Positions 9,226-17,828 of a stretch of 64,000 nucleotides of DNA are shown one piece after another. The stretch lies in the NCBI GenBank assembly GCA_036004545.1, contig DASYRI010000111.1:16033-80032 (forward strand). Reading direction: 5' to 3'. The first letter of the stretch is position 1; each line of letters starts with the position of its first letter. This stretch comes from Gemmatimonadales bacterium (GTDB taxonomy: Bacteria > Gemmatimonadota > Gemmatimonadetes > Gemmatimonadales > GWC2-71-9). The notes under the pieces were generated by a model that saw only the letters and a list, made by a program, of their open reading frames with translations, was not told the DNA's origin and made no database searches. Both the position numbers and the translations under genes were made by a program.

Positions 9226-10536
9226 ATGAGGCCCGCCCCGATGCGCTCCCTCCTGTTCGTCCTTCAAGTCATCTCGGCGGGCGTCGGCGGGCCTCCACCC
9301 CCGGCGGCCGCGCAGCAGGGTGGGGGAACCGAGTTCGCGGCGCTCATCGCCCGGCTCTCCGAGCCCGGGGGCTACTTCGACAGCGACAATCTGGTCTCCA
9401 ACGAGACCTCCTATCTCCACGTGATCCCGGCGCTCAGGGCGCTTGAGGTGCGGGGCGGGGCGTACCTGGGCGTCGGGCCGGAGCAGAACTTCTCCTACCT
9501 CGCGGAGATCAAGCCCGATCTGGCGATTCTGATCGACATCCGGCGGGACAACATGCTCCTGCACCTTCTCCTCAAGGCGATGTTCGAATCGGCGCGGAAC
9601 CGGATGGAGTACCTCTGCCTTCTCTACGGCCGGCCGGCCCCGCCCGACCCGCGGCGGTGGACCGACGCTCCGCTGGAGGACATTCTCACCTACCTCGACA
9701 TCACCCCCGGCGATTCGGCAAGCTACGCCGGGAGCCACGCGGCGCTGATGGAGCGAGTGATCCGCTACGGGGTACCGATCGCCGACTCCGACCGCGCGAC
9801 GCTGGGCCGCTTCCACGACGAGTTCTTTCATTCGGGGCTCGAGATCACCTTCACCAGCCGGGGCCGGCCGTCGCGGCCCGGCTATCCCAGCGAGCGGCAG
9901 CTCTACCTCTCCCTCGACCTGGACGGCCGGCCGTCGAGCTATCTCGCCACCGAGGATCGCTTCCGGACGGTGCGGGAGCTGGAGCGGCGGAACCGGGTGA
10001 TCCCGGTGGTCGGCGACCTCTCGGGGCCGGTGGCGATGAAGGCGATCGCCGGCTACCTGAGGGAGAAGGGGCTCAGGGTTTCCGCCTTCTACGTATCGAA
10101 CGTGGAGATGTACCTCTTCCGGCAGGGCTCGTTCGCCCGATACGCCGAGAACGTGCGTGCCCTTCCCTCCGGGCCGAACAGCGTGATCGTGCGGAGCGTG
10201 TTCGGCCGGGGGTGGCCCGGCCCGGCGGGCGGGGCGGTCGGGGGGGCCGGGGGAGGAAGCCGGGGCGACAGCGGGCCGGTGATCCCCCAGGCGTTGCCGG
10301 GGCACCTGAGCGCGCAGCTGCTGCAGACTTTTCCGGTGTTCCTCAAGCTCACCGTCCGGCCCGACAGCGTCTCCTACTGGGACATCCTGACCGGCGCGGC
10401 GGTGGATCTCCGCGCGCCCGTGCCGGGTGGGGGACGCCCGCGCCAGCGACGCCGCGGCCGTCCGCGCCCCCCCCCCCGGGCCCGGAGCGCCCGGCGCGGG
10501 AGGGCGCTCGGTCCGGCGCCGGACCGGTCCGCGTGA
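9226..10536 (+). CDS. conserved-looking secreted hypothetical protein
   Basis: Signal peptide and a long well-composed ORF. The last ~60 codons are Arg/Pro-rich low complexity spanning a C11 run, so the true 3' end is uncertain. The stop overlaps the rhomboid start (GTGA). Confidence 0.6.
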   Translation: MRPAPMRSLLFVLQVISAGVGGPPPPAAAQQGGGTEFAALIARLSEPGGYFDSDNLVSNETSYLHVIPALRALEVRGGAYLGVGPEQNFSYLAEIKPDLAILIDIRRDNMLLHLLLKAMFESARNRMEYLCLLYGRPAPPDPRRWTDAPLEDILTYLDITPGDSASYAGSHAALMERVIRYGVPIADSDRATLGRFHDEFFHSGLEITFTSRGRPSRPGYPSERQLYLSLDLDGRPSSYLATEDRFRTVRELERRNRVIPVVGDLSGPVAMKAIAGYLREKGLRVSAFYVSNVEMYLFRQGSFARYAENVRALPSGPNSVIVRSVFGRGWPGPAGGAVGGAGGGSRGDSGPVIPQALPGHLSAQLLQTFPVFLKLTVRPDSVSYWDILTGAAVDLRAPVPGGGRPRQRRRGRPRPPPRARSARRGRALGPAPDRSA

Positions 10537-11297
10537 CACCCTGGGTCCTGCGCATCATCCTGGCGAACGTCGCCGTCTTCTTCCTCCAGCAGACGGTGCC
10601 CGCGGTCACCGAGCTCTTCATCCTGGTTCCCGCCGAGGGCTGGTGGCGTCCCTGGACATTCGTCACTTACCTGTTCCTGCACGGCGGATTCGCCCACATC
10701 CTCTTCAACATGCTCTCGCTCTGGTTCTTCGGGCCCCGGCTCGAGGACCGGCTGGGCGGGCGCGCCTTTCTCGGGCTCTACTTCGCGAGCGGGATCACCG
10801 GCGGGCTGCTTTCCATTCCGTTCTCGCCCCATGCGGCGATCCTGGGCGCCTCCGGTGCGGTGTTCGGCGTCCTGCTGGGCTACGCCTGGTTCTGGCCCCG
10901 CGATCAGATGCTGATCTGGGGGATCATTCCGATCGAGGCGCGCTACATGGTGCTGCTGATGACCGCGATGTCGCTCTGGTTCGGGTTCAGCGGCGGGGGT
11001 GGTGGGGTGGCCCACTTCGCGCACCTGGGCGGCTTTGCCGGTGGGTATCTCTTCCTCCGCTTCCTCGGCCGGAGCTCGGGATCGCAGCGATTCCGGCGCC
11101 GCACCCAGCCGGTTATCCCGCGGGTGGAGACCACCTCGCGGGCCATGGAGCGGTGGTCCAAGATCCCGCGGGAGTCGATGCACGAGGTGAACCGGGACGA
11201 GCTCGACCGGATCCTGGACAAGATCAGTGCAAGCGGGATCGGCAGCCTGACGCCGGCGGAGCGGGAGTTTCTGGATCGGTTCAGCACCAGGCACTAA
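10533..11297 (+). CDS. rhomboid-family intramembrane serine protease
   Basis: FLHGGFAHILFNM, GASGAVFG (catalytic Ser) and AHFAHLGGFAGG (catalytic His) motifs. The GTG start is chosen at the GTGA overlap; the upstream part of the track ORF is rejected. Confidence 0.85.
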   Translation: MTPWVLRIILANVAVFFLQQTVPAVTELFILVPAEGWWRPWTFVTYLFLHGGFAHILFNMLSLWFFGPRLEDRLGGRAFLGLYFASGITGGLLSIPFSPHAAILGASGAVFGVLLGYAWFWPRDQMLIWGIIPIEARYMVLLMTAMSLWFGFSGGGGGVAHFAHLGGFAGGYLFLRFLGRSSGSQRFRRRTQPVIPRVETTSRAMERWSKIPRESMHEVNRDELDRILDKISASGIGSLTPAEREFLDRFSTRH

Positions 11298-11417
11298 ACG
11301 GCGTCAACAGTCCCGTCGCCAATTCACACCCTCCGGTCACCGAATTGTCATCCTGCCCAGAGGATGGGGAAAGAAAACCTCGCTTGATTGGGGAAACACC
11401 CTCTCAGCGAGGCCACC

Positions 11418-12107
11418 ATGTTCGAGGTGCTGCTCGGCTCGCGGGTTCGGCGCCAGGCCGGGCCGGGACGCGGACTCCTCGCGGCCGCGGTGCACGGGCT
11501 CCTGATCTTCGGGGCGATCCGCGCCTCCAGCGGATCCGCCCCGCCATCCATCGTCTCCCGCCTGGATACGACCCCCGTCGTGTTTTTCGAGCCCGCGCCG
11601 GCAACCCCGGTGCCGAGCCAGCCCACGGGAGGCGACGGGTTCGTGGCGCGGCCCGCCATCGCCCTTCCCGATCCACCCGTCACGATCCCCACGGGGCTCC
11701 CGCCGATTCCGGATCAGCCGGCGTGGGATCCCGCACGGCTGCGAGCGGTGCTGGGCGGACCGGGGCCGTCCGGGCCGGTGGCGGGCAATCCGCCGACGGG
11801 CGCGGCGGTTCTCGAAGCGTCGGAGACCGATGAGCCGGCGGCGGCAGTGCGTCAGCCGGCGCCGCGATATCCGGCGGCGCCGCGTGAGGCGGGCATCGAG
11901 GGGCGGGTGCTGGTCCGGTTCATCATTGATACCACGGGTCACGTCGAGCGCGGGTCGCTGCGGGTGGCGGAGAGCACCAATCCGGCGTTCGACGCCGCGG
12001 CGGTGGAAGCGATCGAGCGCTCACTCTTCCGCCCCGCGCGGGTCCGCGGCCGCGTGGTCCGGCAGCTCACCCTCCAGGGGGTCGCCTTCCGGATCGCACG
12101 GGAGTGA
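11418..12107 (+). CDS. TonB-family energy transducer
   Basis: N-terminal TM, Pro-rich spacer, and TonB C-terminal domain (PRYPAAPREAGIEGRVLVRFIIDTTGHV...FRPA). The ATG at 11418 is preferred over the TTG at 11388. Confidence 0.8.
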   Translation: MFEVLLGSRVRRQAGPGRGLLAAAVHGLLIFGAIRASSGSAPPSIVSRLDTTPVVFFEPAPATPVPSQPTGGDGFVARPAIALPDPPVTIPTGLPPIPDQPAWDPARLRAVLGGPGPSGPVAGNPPTGAAVLEASETDEPAAAVRQPAPRYPAAPREAGIEGRVLVRFIIDTTGHVERGSLRVAESTNPAFDAAAVEAIERSLFRPARVRGRVVRQLTLQGVAFRIARE

Positions 12108-12110
12108 GAC

Positions 12111-13649
12111 TCAACGCGAGGCCAGGGCTCCGGCCGGGGTGAGCTGGACTACGAAACCGTCGGCATCGCCCAGGCTGGTGAGCCCGAAGCTTCCGGTGCC
12201 GGGGTCGAAGTCCGGCGTGGCGAAGAAGATGCCCCCGACGAAGACGGCTCCGGAGCCGTCGGTCGCGACGGCCAGGCCGGCGTTCCTGTTGCCGGCTCCG
12301 TTGGCGGCGTCTCCGAAGCGGCTGACCCAGAGGAGCGCGCCCGCGGGAGTGTACTTGGCGGTGAAGACATCGGTGCCGCCGCTGCCGCCCAGGTTGGTGA
12401 GCACGAGGCTCCCCGAGCCCGGGTCGAAATCCACCGAGCCGGCGAATGCGCCGGTCACCACCAGATTCCCGTCGCTCCCGAACGCGAGATGGTTGGCGCG
12501 CTCGGTCCCGGTGCCTCCCACCGAGAAGGCCGATGCGAAGGTGCCGGTCCCGTCGAACCGCGCCACGTAGGTGTCGGTGGTCCCGATGCTGGTACGGACC
12601 ACCAGCGCCGGGCCGGGATCGAAGTCCACGCTGCCGCTGAACGCGCCGGTCAGCGCCACGCCGCCGATCGGGTCGGCGGCGAGGCCGCCCGGCGCGACGT
12701 CCTCGTCCAGGAGACCGCCGATTCGCTTCGCCCACAGCAGTGTGCCGCCGGTGGAGTAGCCGGCGAGGAAGACGTCGCTCCCGCCGGTCGCCGTGAGGCT
12801 GGTGACCGCGGCACCGGGGGCAAAGTCGGCGATGCCGCGGAAGGTCCCGGCCACCACCACGCCGCCGGCGCTGGTTACCCGCACCGCCGCGGCACTGTCG
12901 GCGTCGGTGCCCCCCACCGCGAAGGCCCACCGCACCGCGCCCGCCCCGTCGAAGGACACGACGAAGCCGTCGCTCGCGCCGAAGCTGACGATCGCCCCCC
13001 CGGCCGCCGGGAGCGCATCGGCCCGCTCGGCGAAGCTGCCCACCGCGTAGAGGTTACCGCCGGCATCGAGCGCCACGTCCGTGACGTCCTCTGACTGCGG
13101 GCCGCCGAAGCGGCGAGCCCAGACCACGGTGCCGTCGGCGCCGAATTTGGCGACGAAGCCGTCCCTGCCGCCTTGACTCACCAGCGCGGGCACGCCGGCG
13201 CCCAGGCCGAAGGTGGCGATGCCCTCGAAACCCCCGGCAAGGAAGAGGTTGCCCGCGGCGTCACGGGCGAGCGCCGTCACCGTGTCGTTGCCGGTCCCTC
13301 CCGCGCGCACCGCCCAGACCAGCGCACCCACCGCCGTGTACCTGGCGAGGAACCCGTCGACCCCGCCCAGGCTGGTGAGCGCGCCCACCCCGTTTCCGGG
13401 ATCGAAGTCCACCGTACCGGTGAAGGTCCCCGCCACGTACACGTTTCCGGTCGGATCCACCACCACGCCGGTGACCTGGTCGGCGGCGCTCCCGCCCAGG
13501 CGGAAGGCGAGTTGGGGCGTGGTCCCCGGCGGGGGAGGCGGTGGAGGCGGACTGAGGATCGACACGATGCGCTCGCCCCGGCACCCGAGGGCAAGTAGAA
13601 CAAATCCGATCCAGGCGCGCGCGGTGCGGGAATTCATTTCGGGCCTCAT
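12111..13649 (-). CDS. lipoprotein made of SBBP-type beta-propeller repeats
   Basis: Lipobox LLALGC, a Pro8 linker, then about 9 repeats of G..DGF(V/L)A(K/R)(Y/F)...G..(V/L)W. An alternative start is at 13637. The upstream 85 codons of the track ORF are rejected. Confidence 0.8.
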   Translation of the reverse strand: MRPEMNSRTARAWIGFVLLALGCRGERIVSILSPPPPPPPPGTTPQLAFRLGGSAADQVTGVVVDPTGNVYVAGTFTGTVDFDPGNGVGALTSLGGVDGFLARYTAVGALVWAVRAGGTGNDTVTALARDAAGNLFLAGGFEGIATFGLGAGVPALVSQGGRDGFVAKFGADGTVVWARRFGGPQSEDVTDVALDAGGNLYAVGSFAERADALPAAGGAIVSFGASDGFVVSFDGAGAVRWAFAVGGTDADSAAAVRVTSAGGVVVAGTFRGIADFAPGAAVTSLTATGGSDVFLAGYSTGGTLLWAKRIGGLLDEDVAPGGLAADPIGGVALTGAFSGSVDFDPGPALVVRTSIGTTDTYVARFDGTGTFASAFSVGGTGTERANHLAFGSDGNLVVTGAFAGSVDFDPGSGSLVLTNLGGSGGTDVFTAKYTPAGALLWVSRFGDAANGAGNRNAGLAVATDGSGAVFVGGIFFATPDFDPGTGSFGLTSLGDADGFVVQLTPAGALASR

Positions 13650-13716
13650 GGTGGCGGGCGGAGCGCACCGGAGATTAGCCTTCCCGGGTGCCCGCCGTCC
13701 ATGCCCGAGTCGCGCG

Positions 13717-16095
13717 ATGCGAATGATCCCCGGAGTCGGCCTGCTGATTCTTGCAGCCGCGGCCGCGCCGCGGGGCCTCGCCGCGCAATCCGCGCTCCTC
13801 GACTCGGCCCGGGCCCGGCTGGCTCGCCTCGACGGCGAGGTGCGGGTCGCCGGGCTCGACAGCGCGGTCGAAGTCCGCCGCGACCGGTGGGGGGTGCCGC
13901 ACATCTACGCGAAAACCGTCCAGGATCTTTTCTTCGCCCAGGGCTACGTCGTGGCGCAGGATCGGCTCTGGCAGATGGAGATGTGGCGCCGGGCCGGAGA
14001 GGGCCGCCTCGCGGAAATCCTCGGGCCACAGTTCGTGGAGCGGGACCGCGCCGCCAGGCTCCTCAAGTTTCGCGGCGACCCGGCCGCCGAGTGGACGAGC
14101 TACGCGCCAGACGCGCGGGAGATCGTCCGCGCCTTCGTGCGAGGAGTCAACGCTTACATCGCCGAAGTGAAGGACCGCCCGCCGATCGAGTTCTCGCTGC
14201 TCGGCGCGGCGCCTTCGCCGTGGGATGAGACGGTGCCGCTCCAGCGGATGGGCGCGCTCGCGATGACCGGGAACGCCGGGGATGAAGTCGCCCGCGCCCG
14301 GTTGCTCGCCCGGCTCGGGAAGGATCGGCTGGAGGCCCTCTGGCCGACCGATCCACTCCGCGCGCTCGATCCGGCGCCAGGGCTCGACCTCTCCGGCATC
14401 GGGGCGGGCTCCCTCGGTGCGGCGGCCGCGGACCCGACGATTCCGTTCACCCGGCGCGAAGGCTCCAACAACTGGGTGGTGAGCGGAGCGAAGACCGCCA
14501 CCGGCAAGCCGCTCCTCGCCAACGATCCCCACCGCGCCGTGACGCTTCCGTCGCTCCGCTATCTGACCCACCTCGTCGGCCCGGGGTGGAACGTCATCGG
14601 CGCGGGGGAGCCGGGCGTGCCCGGCGTGGCGGGCGGCCACAACGACCGGATCGGCTTCGGGTTCACGATCGTCGGGATGGACCAGCAGGATGTGTACGTC
14701 GAGAAGCTCTCGATCTGTCCCGGGTTCCGGACCACCCGCGCCGCGCGAGAGGGACGGGCGCCGCGCTGCAGCTGGCACAACGGCCACTGGGCCCCGCTCA
14801 AGACGATCGTGGACACGATCCCGGTCAAAGGGGAGCCGCCCCGCATCGTCCGACTGGAGTTCACCCACCACGGCCCGCTGGTCGGCGAGGACTCGGCGAA
14901 GGGCCGCGGGTACGCGCTCCGGTTCGTGGGGAGCGAGCCCGGCACCGCGGGGTATCTCGCCCAGCTCTCGGTGGACCGGGCCACCGACTGGGAGCGCTTC
15001 AAGGAGGCGGCGGCGCGCTGGAAGCTCCCGACCGAGAACCTGGTGTACGCAGACGTGGACGGGAACATCGGCTGGGTGGCGGCCGGGCTCATGCCGCTGC
15101 GGAGCTGGAGCGGGCTCCTCCCGGTGCCGGGCGACGGGACCTACGAGTGGCAGGGATTTCTCCCCTTCTCGGAGCTTCCGATGGCGTACAATCCGGCCTC
15201 GGGACTGATCGTCACCGCCAACAACAACATCCTGCCGCCGGCCTACGACAAGCCGCTCAACTACGACTGGGCCGATCCGTTCCGGGCCGATCGGATCGCG
15301 GCGGTGTTGCGCGACGCCTCGCGGCTCACCCGCGCCGATTTCGAGCGGCTGCAGCACGACGAGCTCTCGCTGCCGGCGAGCCGCCTGGTGCCGGTCCTGA
15401 TCGCCGCGGCGGCGCGGCTCTCCGATCTGGTGCAGGGCTCCGACCGGCTCGCCCCGGCGCTCCGGCTCCTGCAGGGCTGGGACTTCGTGATGCGGGCCGG
15501 CCAGGAGGCGCCGCTGGTCTATGAGGCGTGGTCGCGGGCGCTCCGGCGGCGGGTGGCGGCGCGCTGGCTCGGTCCCGCCGCGGGCGCCGCGGGCTCCCGT
15601 CCCGATCCCGGCGTGCTGGTGGAGGTCGTGACCCGGCCGGACCCGCTCTTCGGCGTCGCGGCGGCGGAGGCGCGCGATTCCACCGCGCTCCTGGCGCTGG
15701 AGGACGCGGTGGCGGAGCTCGAGAAGATCGCGGGCCCCGCGCCGGCCCGGTGGACCTGGGGGAACCAGCACCAGGCGAAGTTCCGCCACCCGCTCGCGGC
15801 GGCGTTCGATCTCGATTCGGTGCCGCGCGGCGGCGACGGGAATACCGTCAACGCCACCGGTGGCGCGGGTTACCTCCAGACCCACGGCGCGAGCTACCGG
15901 ATCGTCGTGGATTTCGCCGACTTCGACAACTCCACGGCGACCAGCGTGCCCGGGCAGTCGGGGCAGCCGGGGAGCGAGTACTATGGCAACCTGCTCCCGC
16001 TCTGGGGCCAGGCGAGGTATTTCCCCCTGGTCTATTCCCGCGCGGCGGTGGAGCGGGAGACTGCGCACATCCTGTGGCTCAAGCCGGCGCGATAA
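13717..16095 (+). CDS. penicillin acylase / AHL-acylase family Ntn hydrolase (S45)
   Basis: Signal peptide, RDRWGVPHIYA, DRLWQME, and the GSNNWVVSG nucleophile site. Start at ATG 13717 (MRMIPG). Confidence 0.9.
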   Translation: MRMIPGVGLLILAAAAAPRGLAAQSALLDSARARLARLDGEVRVAGLDSAVEVRRDRWGVPHIYAKTVQDLFFAQGYVVAQDRLWQMEMWRRAGEGRLAEILGPQFVERDRAARLLKFRGDPAAEWTSYAPDAREIVRAFVRGVNAYIAEVKDRPPIEFSLLGAAPSPWDETVPLQRMGALAMTGNAGDEVARARLLARLGKDRLEALWPTDPLRALDPAPGLDLSGIGAGSLGAAAADPTIPFTRREGSNNWVVSGAKTATGKPLLANDPHRAVTLPSLRYLTHLVGPGWNVIGAGEPGVPGVAGGHNDRIGFGFTIVGMDQQDVYVEKLSICPGFRTTRAAREGRAPRCSWHNGHWAPLKTIVDTIPVKGEPPRIVRLEFTHHGPLVGEDSAKGRGYALRFVGSEPGTAGYLAQLSVDRATDWERFKEAAARWKLPTENLVYADVDGNIGWVAAGLMPLRSWSGLLPVPGDGTYEWQGFLPFSELPMAYNPASGLIVTANNNILPPAYDKPLNYDWADPFRADRIAAVLRDASRLTRADFERLQHDELSLPASRLVPVLIAAAARLSDLVQGSDRLAPALRLLQGWDFVMRAGQEAPLVYEAWSRALRRRVAARWLGPAAGAAGSRPDPGVLVEVVTRPDPLFGVAAAEARDSTALLALEDAVAELEKIAGPAPARWTWGNQHQAKFRHPLAAAFDLDSVPRGGDGNTVNATGGAGYLQTHGASYRIVVDFADFDNSTATSVPGQSGQPGSEYYGNLLPLWGQARYFPLVYSRAAVERETAHILWLKPAR

Positions 16096-16101
16096 GCCCG
16101 C

Positions 16102-17757
16102 TCAGGGTCGCCCGGCGCCCACGCCTCCCTCCGCCGAGCGCCCCGGGCCATAGAGCACCATCCCCGGCCGGGCACCGGTGTGCTTCCCCTGGTCCACCAC
16201 CAGCTGGCCGTTGACCACCACGTATTCGATCCCCACCGGGTACTGCATCGGCTGCTCGTAGGTGGCCTTGTCCTGGATGGTGGCCAGATCGAAGACCACC
16301 ACATCGGCCCAGTTCCCCTCCTTGAGCGAGCCCCGGCCGGTGAGCCGCATCCGGGTGGCCGGCCAGGAGGTCATCTTGCGGATCGCCTCCGGTAGGGTGA
16401 GCACCGGCTCGTCCCGGACGTATCTGGCGATGACCCGCGGGAAGTTGCCATAGCTGCGCGGGTGCGGCAGGCCGATCGCGTCCATCGCGCTCGGCGCCAG
16501 CGCGGCGCCCGCATCGCTCCCGATGCTGACCCAGGGGAACCGGAGCCCGGTCTTCACGTCCGCTTCGCTCATCATGTGGTAGATCGCCGTGACCCGGCCC
16601 TGTCCCTGCAGCACCAGGTCCCACGCCGCGTCCACCGGGTCCTTGTGCAGCTCCTTCGCGATCGCCTTGAGGTTCCTGCCCTGGAAGCGCGCGTTCTCCG
16701 GATTGCGCGCGTTGGCGAGGACGATGTTCTCCCAGCCGCCGGACGCCTCCACGATGTTCCACCAGCCCGGCGAGCCGGTTTTCACCTCCTTCTTGAGCCG
16801 GGCCCGAATCGCGGGATTCACGAGCCGCGCCTTGAGGGAATCCTGGCCGCCGTCGAAGGCCCACGACGGGATGGTGGCTTCGAGCCCGGTGCCGCCCGCG
16901 GTGTAGGGATACTGGTCCGCCGCCACCTCGACGCCCCGGGCCCGGGCCGCCTCCACCAGCACTCCCGCCTGGGGCATGAGCTTCCCCCAGCCCGGCTTGT
17001 AGGCGGCCTTGAGGTGGAAGATCTCCACCGGGATCTTCGCCTCCTCGCCGATCTTGATGGCTTCGCCGATCGCCTCGAGCAGATCCTTGCCTTCGCCGCG
17101 GATGTGGCTCGCATACGTCCCGCCGTACGGCGTGAGCGCCCGGGCCACCTCGATCAGCTCGTCGGTCGTGGCGAAGCTGCTGGGCGGATAGATCAGCGCC
17201 GTGGTCATCCCCATCGCGCCGGCCCGCATGGCGGTGTCCACGATGGCCCGCATCCGCTCGAGCTCCTCGGCGGTCGGCTTGCGCGCGTTGAAGCCCAGCA
17301 CCGCGTTCCGCGCCTGGGTTTCGCTGAAGTAGGACCCGAAGTTGATGCTGATGCCCTTCTGCTCCAGCTCCTGGAAGTAGTCGGCCACCTTGCCGGCGGG
17401 GACCGGGGTGCCGCCCTCGCCGCCGATCGCGCTGGTGACGCCCATCAGGACCTTGTTCTCCGCCAGGCCGTTCCGGGGGAGGACCCCGCCCGACTGGTCC
17501 ATCATGTCAATCCAGCCGGGGGTGACGTACTTGCCGGCGGCGTCTATCTCCCGCGCACCGGTCTCGGCGATCCGCGCGATGCGGGCGATCCTGCCGCCCT
17601 TGATCCCAACGTCGGCCAGGATCCAGGGGTTGCCCATACCGTCGAGCACCCGCCCGTTGCGGATGACGATGTCGTAGGCCGGCTGCTGCGCGGCGGCGGG
17701 GTGGGGAAGGAGGGTGGCGAGGACGAGGCCAAGGAACAGAGCGGATCGTCGCGGCAT
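16102..17757 (-). CDS. D-aminoacylase-like amidohydrolase (N-acyl-D-amino-acid deacylase family), secreted
   Basis: Signal peptide, YDIVIRNGRVLDG...GWIDMM at the N-terminus, and family-typical length. Start at 17757 (MPRRSALFLG). Confidence 0.85.
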   Translation of the reverse strand: MPRRSALFLGLVLATLLPHPAAAQQPAYDIVIRNGRVLDGMGNPWILADVGIKGGRIARIARIAETGAREIDAAGKYVTPGWIDMMDQSGGVLPRNGLAENKVLMGVTSAIGGEGGTPVPAGKVADYFQELEQKGISINFGSYFSETQARNAVLGFNARKPTAEELERMRAIVDTAMRAGAMGMTTALIYPPSSFATTDELIEVARALTPYGGTYASHIRGEGKDLLEAIGEAIKIGEEAKIPVEIFHLKAAYKPGWGKLMPQAGVLVEAARARGVEVAADQYPYTAGGTGLEATIPSWAFDGGQDSLKARLVNPAIRARLKKEVKTGSPGWWNIVEASGGWENIVLANARNPENARFQGRNLKAIAKELHKDPVDAAWDLVLQGQGRVTAIYHMMSEADVKTGLRFPWVSIGSDAGAALAPSAMDAIGLPHPRSYGNFPRVIARYVRDEPVLTLPEAIRKMTSWPATRMRLTGRGSLKEGNWADVVVFDLATIQDKATYEQPMQYPVGIEYVVVNGQLVVDQGKHTGARPGMVLYGPGRSAEGGVGAGRP

Positions 17758-17828
17758 GTTCGTGTCTCCCGGGCGGGCGGATTCAGTATACCGACTCGGA
17801 TTGCGGAGGAGGGAGCGGCGGCGCCGAC

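Noticed and set aside
11330-11370. The small hairpin CATCCT-gcccag-AGGATG after the rhomboid gene as a terminator.
   Set aside because: The stem is only 6 bp, it is not GC-rich, and no U-tract follows. That is insufficient support.
13213-13716. The N-terminal extension of the acylase ORF (13213..16095), and likewise the extensions of 16102..18066, 24886..26175, 50271..51782 and 51196..52758.
   Set aside because: The extensions overlap neighbouring genes or lack signal-peptide logic. Internal starts give canonical signal peptides or Tat motifs directly at the N-terminus.
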